DNA of 64,000 bases from Myxococcota bacterium (lineage in GTDB: Bacteria > Myxococcota_A > UBA796 > UBA2385): positions 64,001 to 128,000 of the forward strand of contig JBIJDH010000022.1 in NCBI GenBank assembly GCA_044344255.1, given 5' to 3'. Positions 49,299-60,091 of this stretch are shown in pieces. Under the pieces are notes generated by a model. That model was given only the letters and a program-made list of their open reading frames with translations, was not told the DNA's origin and did not search any database. How positions within the stretch are numbered: the stretch's first letter is position 1; every line of letters starts with the position of its first letter. The translations under genes were made by a program, and so were the position numbers.

Positions 49299-49356
49299 CA
49301 GAGGTCGACGGGGTCAGAGGTCGACGGGGTCAGAGGTCGACGGGGTCAGAGGTCGA
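49299..49356. repeat. 16-bp tandem repeat x3.6 duplicating the nrtR stop region
   Basis: (CAGAGGTCGACGGGGT)x3 + CAGAGGTCGA. Confidence 0.9.
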
Positions 49357-50029
49357 AGAGGAAGCCCCGCTCACAGAGCGCATCGTATCGTGTGCGGTCG
49401 AAACGATAGAGGCGCGCCGCCCGGTGGGCCACGCCCTGCTCCACGGCGCCCGTCTCGACCAGGAAATTCATGGCCTGCAGCTTCCGCCGGAAATTGCGCT
49501 TGTCGAGCGGGCGGCCGAGGATGATCTCGTAGAGCCGCTGCAGGCGGGAGAGCGGGAAGGCCTCGGGGAGGAGCTCGAAGCCCACGGGCTGGTAGCGCAC
49601 CTTGGCCTGGAGGCGCTGGAGCGCCACCGAGAGGATACGGGCGTGGTCGAAGGCGAGGGCCGGCAACCCATCGACCGGGAACCAGGCGGCGCCGCTGGCG
49701 TCGGAGGCGGCGCGCGGCACATAGGCCTCGGGGCGCACGAGACCCCAATAGGCGGTGGAGATGACCCGCCCCCGCGGGTCCCGACCGGGGTCTCCGAAGG
49801 TGTAGAGCTGCTCGAGGAAGTGGAGCCCCACGCCCGCCTCCTCGCGGAGCTCGCGCTCCACGGCGGCCTCGAGGGACTCGCCGGAGAGCACGAAGCCGCC
49901 CGGGAGGGCCCAGCTCCCGAGGAAGGGGGGGATAGCCCGCTCGATGAGCAGCACGAGCAGGCGCTCCGGCTCCGCCCCGAAGACGACCGCGTCGACCGCG
50001 AAGAGCGGAGCCTCGAAGCCCTCCTTCAC
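49346..50029 (-). CDS. nrtR: Nudix-related transcriptional regulator NrtR
   Basis: AVDAVVFG, WALPGGFV..GESL..A..REL.EE, LEQLYTFG...RDPRGR, LAFDH, wHTH LDKRNFRRK..RAARLY; GTGA overlap with nadE. Confidence 0.92.
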   Translation of the reverse strand: MKEGFEAPLFAVDAVVFGAEPERLLVLLIERAIPPFLGSWALPGGFVLSGESLEAAVERELREEAGVGLHFLEQLYTFGDPGRDPRGRVISTAYWGLVRPEAYVPRAASDASGAAWFPVDGLPALAFDHARILSVALQRLQAKVRYQPVGFELLPEAFPLSRLQRLYEIILGRPLDKRNFRRKLQAMNFLVETGAVEQGVAHRAARLYRFDRTRYDALCERGFLFDL

Positions 50030-52008
50030 TCCGCCTCCGACCGCGCCCGGAGCTGCCCGAGCTCCCGCGCGAAGCCCCCCGACAGGATGGGGAAGCGGCA
50101 CCAGGAGCGGGGGTCGAGGTTCTCGTCGTCGAGGTGAAAGGAGGGGGCGTATCGCTCGCGCTTCCACTGGTTCGTGCACCAGAGGCGGAAGAAGCGCTCT
50201 ACCCACATCGCCAGCATCGCCCGCGTGAACTGGGGGAACCAGACACAGAGCAGCCGATGGACCTCCGAGGGCTCGAGCTTGTCGCGGATGGCCGCCCGCT
50301 CGATGGCGTCGAGCACGGGATAGGGCATCAGGTCGTCCTCGTCGGTCTGGTGCCGCTCGGGCGGCCGGAGCTCGGCGGTGGGCTGGAGCGCGTTGACCAC
50401 ATCGAGGCCGGCGACCGGGCCGAGCCCCTCGGGCCCCACCGCGCCCACCCAGCGCAGCCACTCGCGGAGGTAAGCCTTGTCGATGCCGGCGATGGGCGAC
50501 AGGCCGCCGCAGGTGTCTCCGTCCATCGTCGCGTAGCCGACCGCGGCCTCGGAGCGGTTGCTGGTGGCGAGGAGGAGCTTGCCCTCGATGTTGGCGAGCA
50601 TCCAGACGCCCGGCGCGCGCACACGCGCCTGGATGTTCTGGAGCGCGATGTCGTCGGTGCGCCAGTCGAGCGGGCGGCCGAGGGTGTCGGCAACCATCCC
50701 GGTGTATCCGTCTACCAGAGCGTCGATCTTCCAGAGGTGGAAGGTGGCGCCGAGCCCCAGGGCCACGGTGCGGGCGCTGTGGAGGGTCTCCTCGGAGCTG
50801 TTCTCGGTGGCCTGATAGACCGTCGTGAGGAGGCGCGCCGTCCAGTCGGCGGGATCGGCGGGCAGGTCTTTGATGTGCCGCAGGCGATGGGCCACCCGCT
50901 CGGCGCCGATCTCCCCCACCGCGAAGCGCAGCGAGAGGGCGCAGAGCGTGGCCACCGCCGCCGAGTCGGCGCCGCCCGAGAGGGAGACCATCCAGCCCCG
51001 CGCGCGCGACTTGACGAGGTAATCAAAGAGGCCGAGGGCGACGGCGCGTGTGAAGCTCTCGAAGCGCGCCGAGGGGCCGGTGTCCCAGGACTGGCGCACC
51101 GGGACGGGGAGGGCGGGCTCGACGTCGGGCCACACGAAGGGCAGCCGCACCACCTCGTCGCCCGGGTCGCCGGGATCGCTCCGCAGGCTGGCGGTGCGGC
51201 CGCGGCTGACGCGGTTGGCCTCCACGTCCACCACCGCGGTGGTCAGATAGACCTCGTCGAAGCCGAGCGAGGGCCCGTTAGCGAGGAGCTTGCCGCCGCT
51301 GCCGATGAGGCCCGCCCCGTCGTAGAGGATGCGGCCGGCCTCGTTGCCGACGAGGTTCGCATAGAGGTAGGTGACCCCGAAGGCGCGCGAGCCATCGACC
51401 ACGAAGCGCTCGCGCACCGCTCGCTTGCCGAAGGCGAAGTGGCTGCCGCTCGGGTTGAGGAGGAAGTCAATCCCGTGCTGGGTGAGGGCGGCCCCGGGCC
51501 GCAGCGCCACCCAGGCCTCCTCACAGATCTCAAAGCCGACCCGCACGCCGCCGAGGTCAAAGAAGAGGTCGCCCATCGGGACGCCGGCCCCCTCCCCCAC
51601 CCGCGTGCGCACCCCGAGCGGCCAGGGCTTGAACCAGCGCGGCTCGTAGTGGACGCCGTCGCCGGCGAGGTGCCGCTTGGCCACGAGGCCGGCGACCCGC
51701 CCATCGACCAGCAGGGCGGCCGAGTCATAGACGGCGGCGTTCACCACCACCGGCAGGCCCACACAGACGATCATCCCACCCGTGGCGCTCGCGATCTCGC
51801 CCAGGATCTCCCAGGCCGTCCGGCTGACGAAGGGGCTGTGAAAGGCGTCCTCACAGCCGTAGCCGGTGATACACAGCTCGGGCAGCACGAGCAGGCTCAC
51901 CCCGGCGGCGCGGGCCTCGCCGATGGCGCGGAGGATGCGGGAGAGGTTGCCCGCCCAGTCGAGGGGGGTCTGATTGACGGCGGCGACGCCGACCCGAATG
52001 AGCTTCAC
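50026..52008 (-). CDS. nadE: glutamine-dependent NAD+ synthetase
   Basis: CN-hydrolase domain (LPELCITGY, YEPRWF, EICEE); SLSGGADS, QNIQARVR, TSNRSEAAVGYAT.DGD, PTAEL. Confidence 0.96.
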   Translation of the reverse strand: MKLIRVGVAAVNQTPLDWAGNLSRILRAIGEARAAGVSLLVLPELCITGYGCEDAFHSPFVSRTAWEILGEIASATGGMIVCVGLPVVVNAAVYDSAALLVDGRVAGLVAKRHLAGDGVHYEPRWFKPWPLGVRTRVGEGAGVPMGDLFFDLGGVRVGFEICEEAWVALRPGAALTQHGIDFLLNPSGSHFAFGKRAVRERFVVDGSRAFGVTYLYANLVGNEAGRILYDGAGLIGSGGKLLANGPSLGFDEVYLTTAVVDVEANRVSRGRTASLRSDPGDPGDEVVRLPFVWPDVEPALPVPVRQSWDTGPSARFESFTRAVALGLFDYLVKSRARGWMVSLSGGADSAAVATLCALSLRFAVGEIGAERVAHRLRHIKDLPADPADWTARLLTTVYQATENSSEETLHSARTVALGLGATFHLWKIDALVDGYTGMVADTLGRPLDWRTDDIALQNIQARVRAPGVWMLANIEGKLLLATSNRSEAAVGYATMDGDTCGGLSPIAGIDKAYLREWLRWVGAVGPEGLGPVAGLDVVNALQPTAELRPPERHQTDEDDLMPYPVLDAIERAAIRDKLEPSEVHRLLCVWFPQFTRAMLAMWVERFFRLWCTNQWKRERYAPSFHLDDENLDPRSWCRFPILSGGFARELGQLRARSEAE

Positions 52009-53474
52009 TGGGCACCCCCGCGGCGGAGGAGGTCATGGGTGGTGTCGGAGAGCTGGCCCTCCACGCCGACGAGATAGGGCTCGGGCGCCTCGAGGCGGCG
52101 ATGCCGGTCCGGGAGGGACTGGAGCGCCTTCGCGGCGTGATCGCGGACGGCCGACAAGCTCGGCGCCGCCGCGACCCGCTCGCCGCCGCGCAGCGCGGGG
52201 ACGAGGAGGTCTCGCTCTTCATCGGCCATGGGCAGCGTGAGGGCCTCGCCGCCGCGGCTTCGCCAGCTCGGGCACTCGGGAATTCCGGTGGGGACGTCGT
52301 AGAGGAGGTCTCCCACGAGCTGCCCGCGGAGCGCGTACCGGCGAACCTGATGCTCGCCGGGGAGGGAGATCTTGGCAGCCTCCTCGGAGCGTTTCACCCG
52401 CTGCTGCCAGGCGCCTCCCGCTCGCCGCACCGCCGAGAGCTTGTAGACCCCGCCGAGGGCCGACTGGTCTCCGCCGGTGACGAGGCGGGTGCCCACCCCG
52501 TAGATGCCGATGGGGGCGCCCTCCTTGCGGAGCGCGGCGATACGGTGCTCATCGAGGTCATTGCTGGCGACGACCTTGGCGTTCGGGAAGCCTGCAGCGT
52601 CGAGCCTCTCGCGGGCGGCGCGGGCGAGGGCGCCGAGGTCTCCCGAGTCGAGTCGCACGCCGAGCATCTCGTGGCCCTCGGCGCGGAGCTTTCGGCCCAC
52701 CTCGATCGCCCGGTCAACCCCGGTGAGGGTGTCATAGGTGTCGACCAGGAAGATGCAGTTGTTCGGCAGGGCCTCGGCGTACCGCTCGAAGGCCTCGACC
52801 TCGCTGTCGTGGGCCAGCACCCAGGAGTGGGCGTGGGTGCCTCGCACCGGGATCCCGTACAGGCGCCCGGCCAGCACGTTGCTCGTCGAGGCGCAGCCGC
52901 CCACATAGGCCGCCCGGCTCGCCGACAGACCGCCGTCGATGCCCTGGGCCCGCCGCAGGCCGAACTCGAGCACCGGCGCCCCCTCGGCGGCCAGCGCCAC
53001 CCGGGCGGCCTTGGTGGCCACGAGCGTCTGGAAATTGAGGATGGTGAGCAGGGCCGTCTCGACGAGCTGGGCCTCGATCAGCGAGCCTTTTACGCGCAGG
53101 AGGGGCTCGTGCGGAAAGACGAGGTCGCCCTCGGGGATGGCGTCGACGTCGCAGGTGAAGCGCAGGCCCCACAGGTAGTCGAGGAAGCCGGCCTCGAAGA
53201 GGGGCCGCCCGTCTGCGCCGACGAGGCCGCGGAGGTACTCGATGTCTGCCCGCTCGAAGCGGAGCTCGGTGAGGAAGTCGAGCGCGGGGCCGAGGCCGGC
53301 TGCCACCGCGAAGCTCCCGCCGAACGGAGCCTTACGGAAGTAGAGGTGAAAGATCGCCTCGTCGGACTGACGGCCGGCGCGCCAGTAGCCATAGGCCATG
53401 GTGAGCTGGTAGAGGTCTGTCAGGAGGCCGAGCGAGGGCCGGTAGAGCGCGGCTTGAGGGGAGTCGTGAGACAT
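52005..53474 (-). CDS. pncB: nicotinate phosphoribosyltransferase
   Basis: LLTDLYQLTM, EFGLRRAQG, TSNVLAG, GTHAHSW, LVDTYD, VRLDSGDL, ASNDLDE, GGVYKL. Confidence 0.96.
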   Translation of the reverse strand: MSHDSPQAALYRPSLGLLTDLYQLTMAYGYWRAGRQSDEAIFHLYFRKAPFGGSFAVAAGLGPALDFLTELRFERADIEYLRGLVGADGRPLFEAGFLDYLWGLRFTCDVDAIPEGDLVFPHEPLLRVKGSLIEAQLVETALLTILNFQTLVATKAARVALAAEGAPVLEFGLRRAQGIDGGLSASRAAYVGGCASTSNVLAGRLYGIPVRGTHAHSWVLAHDSEVEAFERYAEALPNNCIFLVDTYDTLTGVDRAIEVGRKLRAEGHEMLGVRLDSGDLGALARAARERLDAAGFPNAKVVASNDLDEHRIAALRKEGAPIGIYGVGTRLVTGGDQSALGGVYKLSAVRRAGGAWQQRVKRSEEAAKISLPGEHQVRRYALRGQLVGDLLYDVPTGIPECPSWRSRGGEALTLPMADEERDLLVPALRGGERVAAAPSLSAVRDHAAKALQSLPDRHRRLEAPEPYLVGVEGQLSDTTHDLLRRGGAQ

Positions 53475-53510
53475 GGTCGCTCCGGGCGCCGGGGGCACCG
53501 GCGGGTGATC

Positions 53511-53525
53511 GTGTCATATCGACAC
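53511..53525. promoter_or_regulatory. NrtR operator
   Basis: Palindrome GTGTC-ATATC-GACAC with the GT-N7-AC core of NrtR sites, 37 bp upstream of pncB. Confidence 0.75.
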
Positions 53526-53577
53526 CAAGCTGCCCGGTCAAGCGGGACGAGGCCCGTTCAGAGGACCTGAAGGGTTC

Positions 53578-53623
53578 TTGACACTTCTTCCAGCGCGAGA
53601 CATATTGTCATCACCCGTGACAA
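53578..53623 (+). promoter_or_regulatory. sigma70-type promoter with downstream palindrome
   Basis: TTGACA(53578)-N17-CATATT(53601); inverted repeat TTGTCA-N7-TGACAA at 53605-53623. Confidence 0.6.
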
Positions 53624-53631
53624 GGTGGCCC

Positions 53632-54990
<1,359 letters not shown>

Positions 54991-55059
54991 GCCAGCGGTC
55001 GCGGGCGCCGCTCTCCCCACAAACACAGCGGGCTCTACCTGCATGCTCCCTCCCCGCCT

Positions 55060-55260
55060 CGTGGGGGAGGTCTGGGGTGGGGGCCAACGAGCTGCTGATC
55101 GGCGCGCCGAACGCCGAGGCCGCCGGCTCCTCGCTCCATCAGGCGGGCGTGACCGGGCGCTTCCTCGGAGGCCCGAGCGGCCTCGACCCCACCGCCGTCG
55201 CCGTTATCGGCCCCGAGGTCGACTTCGCCGACTTCGGCTGGAGCCTGGGCGGCGGCGGCG
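55060..55260 (+). pseudogene. isolated FG-GAP (integrin-like) repeat remnant
   Basis: NELLIGAPNA...AG...FLGGPSGL...FGWSL with no credible start, running into the convergent gene; bounds approximate. Confidence 0.45.
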
Positions 55261-55291
55261 CGACGCGGGCCGCGCAAGTGGACCGCGCCCT

Positions 55292-56638
55292 TCAGGCCAG
55301 CATCGCCTCGACGAGGCCACCCTTGAGGCTCGGGTCACCGAAACGCTCGATCGGGGCGCCGTCGGCCTCGCGGTGCCCTGTGGCCGTGAGCAGGGTGGCG
55401 AGGAGGCGGTCGTGGGTGACACCGCCCGCGTCCACGTACTCGCCGGTCCGGAGGGTGCCTTCACCGGCGCCGGCGATCACCCAGGGCAACTGATCGTAGC
55501 GGTGGGAGCCCGTCGCCACGTCGCTCACGAAGACGGCGACAGCCGCGTCTATCACACCGTTCTCGGTGAGCCGGTCGAGCAGATAGGCGAAGACATCCAG
55601 GTGGAGTCGATTGACGTCGGCGTGCATCTCCGGGGTGGAGGAATAAGGCCCCAGGTCACCCGCGTTGACCAGCCCGTGGGTGACCTCGTGATAGGCCGGC
55701 AGCGTGAAGCCGCCGACGGTGTATCGACAGCGGTCTATCCGGTCACCGATCTGGAGCGTGGCCGCGCGGGCCTGCCCGCAATTGAGCACGAGGGCGATGA
55801 GGTCACAGTGGAGGCGCGCGACGTCGAGGGAGACGCTGTCTTCGGCGCTCTGGCCGACATGATCGGCCAGGGCCGCCTCCCGCTCGGCGGTCAAGGTGCC
55901 GCAGAGCCCCTCGAAGTCTCGCACGCTGTCGGTGTGCTGCTCGAGGCGAGTGACGTCGGCGGCGGACAGGCGCGTGTCCCGTTGGAGGTCGTGGAGCTGG
56001 TCGAGCACGAGGTCGTTGACCGACCCCCGCAGGGCCTCCCCCACGCCCCCGCCGAGCATGCGGCGGTAGACCGTCCAAGGATCGCTGTCGGCGCCCCGGA
56101 GCTGCCCGGGGCCCCGGTACGAGAGCACCTCCTCGCCGTTGTTGTCGCGGCGGCCGGCGTAGAGCGTCAGCGGCTCCCCGCCGTTGACGTCGGACTGACG
56201 GGCGATCCAATTATCAATCGACTCCCCCATGGCGTAGGTCATCAAGGTCTCGGTCAGCGGGCCGCAGCGCGCGCCGGTGAGGAGCTGATTGCCGCCGCCC
56301 GCGTGCTGATCGCTCGTCGCCTCGAAGGGATACTGGGTGCCGCGGACCAGCAGGAGGCGCTCGGCGTGAGCGGCGAGCCTGGACACGACCCGATCGGCGT
56401 TGGTGTCCGCCAGGGTGCTCCGGCTGAGGCGCCCGAGCGAGCGCGGCCAGAACCGCTCCGGCGCGTCGCCGTCCTGCTGGGCGACCCCAGAGGCGGCGCG
56501 GAGGACGACCAGGGGCGAGGCGGTCGAGGCGGGGCCCCGAGGGAGCCGACCGCAGCCGGCGAGGGAAGACAAGAAAGGAATGGGCACCGCGAGCCCGGAG
56601 GCGGCCGTCAAGAACTGGCGTCGGGTGAAGGGGGCCAT
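55292..56638 (-). CDS. DUF1552 domain protein (Tat signal)
   Basis: FTRRQFL...IPFLSSL, ESIDNWIA, SVNDLV..RLSAADVTRLEQH.DSVR..E, YHEVTH, LPWVIAG. Confidence 0.85.
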   Translation of the reverse strand: MAPFTRRQFLTAASGLAVPIPFLSSLAGCGRLPRGPASTASPLVVLRAASGVAQQDGDAPERFWPRSLGRLSRSTLADTNADRVVSRLAAHAERLLLVRGTQYPFEATSDQHAGGGNQLLTGARCGPLTETLMTYAMGESIDNWIARQSDVNGGEPLTLYAGRRDNNGEEVLSYRGPGQLRGADSDPWTVYRRMLGGGVGEALRGSVNDLVLDQLHDLQRDTRLSAADVTRLEQHTDSVRDFEGLCGTLTAEREAALADHVGQSAEDSVSLDVARLHCDLIALVLNCGQARAATLQIGDRIDRCRYTVGGFTLPAYHEVTHGLVNAGDLGPYSSTPEMHADVNRLHLDVFAYLLDRLTENGVIDAAVAVFVSDVATGSHRYDQLPWVIAGAGEGTLRTGEYVDAGGVTHDRLLATLLTATGHREADGAPIERFGDPSLKGGLVEAMLA

Positions 56639-56686
56639 GCCGGAGCTCCTCCGTTCGGATAGCCCACAGCCAGGCCAAGGTCCATC

Positions 56687-58279
56687 ATGCTCCTCCTGCT
56701 GCTGCTGTCCTGCACACCCCCGCCGGCGGACACCGCGCCCGGACATGCCTATCGACTGACCCACCGGCAATGGGAGAGCACGGTGGTCGACCTGCTCGGC
56801 CTGTCTGAGCCCAGCGGCCTGTCCGAGACCTTCGTGAGCGACCCCTCGGTGTCCACCTTCGATACGGACCCCTCCTCCCTCGCCGTGCCCCCGGTGCTGT
56901 GGTTGCAGTACCAGCTCGCGGCGGAGGCGCTGGCCGTCCGGGTGGTCGAGGAGGAGGGCCCCTACGCGGTCGTCGTCCCCGCCGGCCTCCGCCCCGACGG
57001 CCCGGCGTACACCCGCGCCGAGCGGGACGCCTGGCTGCTCGACTTCGGCGGCCGCGCCTTCCGCCGCCCCCTCGACGGTGAGGAGCTGATGCAGCTCGGA
57101 CGGCTCTTTGACGCCGGCGCCAGCGTGTTCGCCTCGGGGGATCCCTTCGTGGACGGTGTGCGGGCCGCGGTCACCGGCACCCTCCAGGCCCCGGGCTTCC
57201 TCTACCGCACCGAGGGCCTGCAGCCGGGGGGCGAGCCGGGGGAGCTCTCGCCCGAGGAGCTCGCCTCGCGGCTCTCCTATGCGCTGTGGAACACCATGCC
57301 CGACGCCGAGCTGCTCGCCGCGGCCGAGGCCGACGGGCTCGGCCCCGAGACCCTGCGGGCTCAGGCGGAGCGCCTGCTCGACGACCCGCGGGGGCACGCC
57401 GCGGTGGCCGACCTCCACCGCCAGCTCCTGCACATCGACAGCTACGCCCAGATCGTGCAGTCGAACACCACCGTCCTCGACGGCGGGGGCCACGGAGACC
57501 CGGGCGGTCCTCCCAGCCCCGAGGTGATGCAGGCCGAGGTCTACGCCTTCGTCGACGACCTCTTCTACACCGAGGGCGCCCTGCGCGACCTCCTGACGAG
57601 CCCCGACACCTTCGCCACCGGCGAGCTGGCGGCGGTCTATGGCGTCGAGGGAGTCGAGGGCCCCGAGCTCCAGCCCGTCACGCTCGACCCCACCCAGCGC
57701 GCGGGCCTGCTCACCCTGTCGGGCTTCCTCGCCTGGCAGGCCAACAGCAGCGAGCCCAACCTGATCGAGCGCGGCTACTTCATCAACGATGCGCTGCTCT
57801 GCGCCGAGGTGCCGCCGCCGCCGCCCGGCGCGACCCCGCTCCCCACCGACGCCGATGCGGAGACCCTGCGCGAGCGCGTCGAGGCCCACACATCCGGCTG
57901 CGGCGGGAGCTGCCACAACGCGCTCATCAACCCCGTCGGCTTCGCGCTCGGCCGCTATGACAAGGACGGCCGGTACGCGGAGCAGGAGGGGCGCGGCGAG
58001 GCGGCGACGCCCATCGACGCGAGCGGGAGCTACACCTTCGCCGACGGCACCTTCACCTTTGACGGCGCCGTCGAGCTCGCCGAGATCATGGCGGACCGCG
58101 AGGAGGTGCACCGCTGCTACATGGGCCACCTCACCGGCTACCTCACCGCGCGGCCGGTGGCCGAGGTGGACGGCGCCCTCCTCGACGCGCTGACCGCGAG
58201 CTCACAGGCCGATCGGCCCCTCCGCTCCCTCGTCCTCGACATCGTCACCGATCCGAGCTTCCGCAGGGTCCGCCCCTGA
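56687..58279 (+). CDS. DUF1592/DUF1588/DUF1587/DUF1595 (PSD) domain lipoprotein
   Basis: RLTHRQW..TV.DLLG, RAFRRPL, PGFLYR, ELASRLSYALW.TMPD.ELL, RAGLLT, TLRERVEAH..CGGSCH..INPVGF. Confidence 0.9.
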   Translation: MLLLLLLSCTPPPADTAPGHAYRLTHRQWESTVVDLLGLSEPSGLSETFVSDPSVSTFDTDPSSLAVPPVLWLQYQLAAEALAVRVVEEEGPYAVVVPAGLRPDGPAYTRAERDAWLLDFGGRAFRRPLDGEELMQLGRLFDAGASVFASGDPFVDGVRAAVTGTLQAPGFLYRTEGLQPGGEPGELSPEELASRLSYALWNTMPDAELLAAAEADGLGPETLRAQAERLLDDPRGHAAVADLHRQLLHIDSYAQIVQSNTTVLDGGGHGDPGGPPSPEVMQAEVYAFVDDLFYTEGALRDLLTSPDTFATGELAAVYGVEGVEGPELQPVTLDPTQRAGLLTLSGFLAWQANSSEPNLIERGYFINDALLCAEVPPPPPGATPLPTDADAETLRERVEAHTSGCGGSCHNALINPVGFALGRYDKDGRYAEQEGRGEAATPIDASGSYTFADGTFTFDGAVELAEIMADREEVHRCYMGHLTGYLTARPVAEVDGALLDALTASSQADRPLRSLVLDIVTDPSFRRVRP

Positions 58280-58347
58280 GCGCCGCGCCGCAGCCAGGAG
58301 GGACGGGCCGCCCCTCGCCGAGGCGCGGCGCCGCCCGGGGGGGCCCG

Positions 58348-60078
58348 TTGGAGGCCCGCGCGGCCACCTGGGCGGGGCCCCTCCTCGTCCAGAGCGCGCT
58401 CCTTACCCTCCTCACCACCTGGCCGATGGCGCGCTCCCCCCTCACGCAGGCCATCGGGAGCCCGGAGTCCGACACCGTCAAGCACCTCTGGACGCTCTGG
58501 TGGATGCGGGCGGAGCTGCTCGGCGGCGAGCCCGGCCAGCGCACCACCCTCATCGGCTACCCGGACGGGCTCCCGCTCTTCCCGATCGAGCCCCTGCACG
58601 GCCTGCTCTCGCTCCTCCTGCCCTTGCCGACGGTGCTGCTCTCGAACGTGCTCGCCGGCCTCGACACGCTGCTCACCGGCCTCGCGGCGGGCTGGCTGGC
58701 CACCGTGCTCGTCCCCCCGCCGCCTGCGGCCTCGGTGACCCCCGCGCTTCGGTGGCCTCGGCTCAGCCCGACCTTGCTCGCCGCGCTCGGGGCGGGCGCG
58801 CTGCTGCAGACCTCGGCCTGGGCCGCCTTCACGCTGCACGTCGGCGTGGGCGAGCTCCGCCAGCTCTGGTGGCTGCCGCTCTCGCTCGGCGCGCTCGTGC
58901 GCCTGCAACAAGCCGAGGCGCCGGCGGTTGTGGCCAAACGAGCCATCCTGGCCGGCCTCTGCCTCGCCGGAGCGGCGCTCTCCTGCTTCTACTATGGGCT
59001 GCTGCTCGGCGTCGCCGCGGTGGTGCACAGCGCCCTCACCCTGTCCGTCCGCCCCCGGCGCTGGGCGGGGCTCACCCTCTGCGCGGCGCTCGCGCTCTCG
59101 ATCGTCGTCCCCGTCGCCGGGAGCTTCAACCAGACCTACGGCGAGCAGGGCGCGGCGCCTCCGCCCGACGTCGGCGCCGACGGCGCCCTCCGCCCCGGCC
59201 TCACCCGCGATCTGCTGCACCTCGACGACCTCTGGACCCCCCGCCGCGCCGAGCGCCCCACCGCCGACCGCCAGCGCCTCGCCTACGAGGGGGGCCGCTA
59301 CATCGGCCTGCTCGGCCTCGGGCTCGCGGCAGCGGGCCTCCTCGCCCGCCCCCGCGCCGCCCTGCCCTTCGCCGCGATGGGCGCGGCGGGCCTCCTGCTC
59401 GCGCTCGGTCCCGTGCTGATCATCGGCGATGGCGCGGTGCAGGGCGCCTCCGGCCCCCTCCGCCTCCCGGGCGGGCTGCTGCTCGACGCCCTCGCCCGCC
59501 ACGCCTCCCCCATGCACTTCCCCGCCCGCTTCGCCGCCCTCGGCGCGTTGGCGGCCGCCGTGCTCGGCGGGCTCGCGATCAGCCGCTGGCGGCCCCTGGC
59601 GCTGGTCCTGCCGCTCGCCGTCGGGAACGTGCTCTACGAGGACCTCACCCCCTGGCCGCGCGCGCGCACGGCCCTCCCCGACCTCGGCGCGCTCCGGGCC
59701 CTGTCGGTCGAGGGCCCGATGGCTGATCTCTCCTTGGCGGCCACCGCCAACATCGAGCACCGCGGCCTGCTGATCGCGGCGCAGATCGCCACCGACCGCC
59801 CCACCCAGGCCGTGCCGCTCGAGCGCCTCGACCTGCGGACCGCTGGCGGCCCCGTCGGGGGCCTCGCGATCGTCGAGGCCATGCGCAGGGGTTCGGGCTG
59901 GCCGACCTCCCTCGACGTGGACGCCGCTCAGCTCTGGGCCTCGGGCTTCCGGGTGGCCTTGCTCACCGGTCCGGACAGCCAGCGGGGCTCGGGGCCGCGC
60001 CGGCTCCTGGAGGCCCAGTGGGGCGCGCCCGTGGAGGCAAAGGGAGCCGCGCTCTGGCCGATCCCCGCGCCCCGCTGA
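58348..60078 (+). CDS. multi-pass membrane protein (possible GT-C fold glycosyltransferase)
   Basis: More than 10 hydrophobic segments; DTVKHLWTLWW, GYPDG, CFYYG, YIG, PARF motifs. Confidence 0.65.
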   Translation: MEARAATWAGPLLVQSALLTLLTTWPMARSPLTQAIGSPESDTVKHLWTLWWMRAELLGGEPGQRTTLIGYPDGLPLFPIEPLHGLLSLLLPLPTVLLSNVLAGLDTLLTGLAAGWLATVLVPPPPAASVTPALRWPRLSPTLLAALGAGALLQTSAWAAFTLHVGVGELRQLWWLPLSLGALVRLQQAEAPAVVAKRAILAGLCLAGAALSCFYYGLLLGVAAVVHSALTLSVRPRRWAGLTLCAALALSIVVPVAGSFNQTYGEQGAAPPPDVGADGALRPGLTRDLLHLDDLWTPRRAERPTADRQRLAYEGGRYIGLLGLGLAAAGLLARPRAALPFAAMGAAGLLLALGPVLIIGDGAVQGASGPLRLPGGLLLDALARHASPMHFPARFAALGALAAAVLGGLAISRWRPLALVLPLAVGNVLYEDLTPWPRARTALPDLGALRALSVEGPMADLSLAATANIEHRGLLIAAQIATDRPTQAVPLERLDLRTAGGPVGGLAIVEAMRRGSGWPTSLDVDAAQLWASGFRVALLTGPDSQRGSGPRRLLEAQWGAPVEAKGAALWPIPAPR

Positions 60079-60091
60079 CCCGGCCGGCCGC

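Noticed and set aside
49299..49356. Possible mini-CRISPR array
   Set aside because: 16-bp units are directly adjacent with no spacers, and there are no cas genes.
55292..58129. 945-aa minus-strand ORF as one protein
   Set aside because: Only 55292-56638 (DUF1552, Tat start) is credible; the rest is antisense to the DUF1592 gene.
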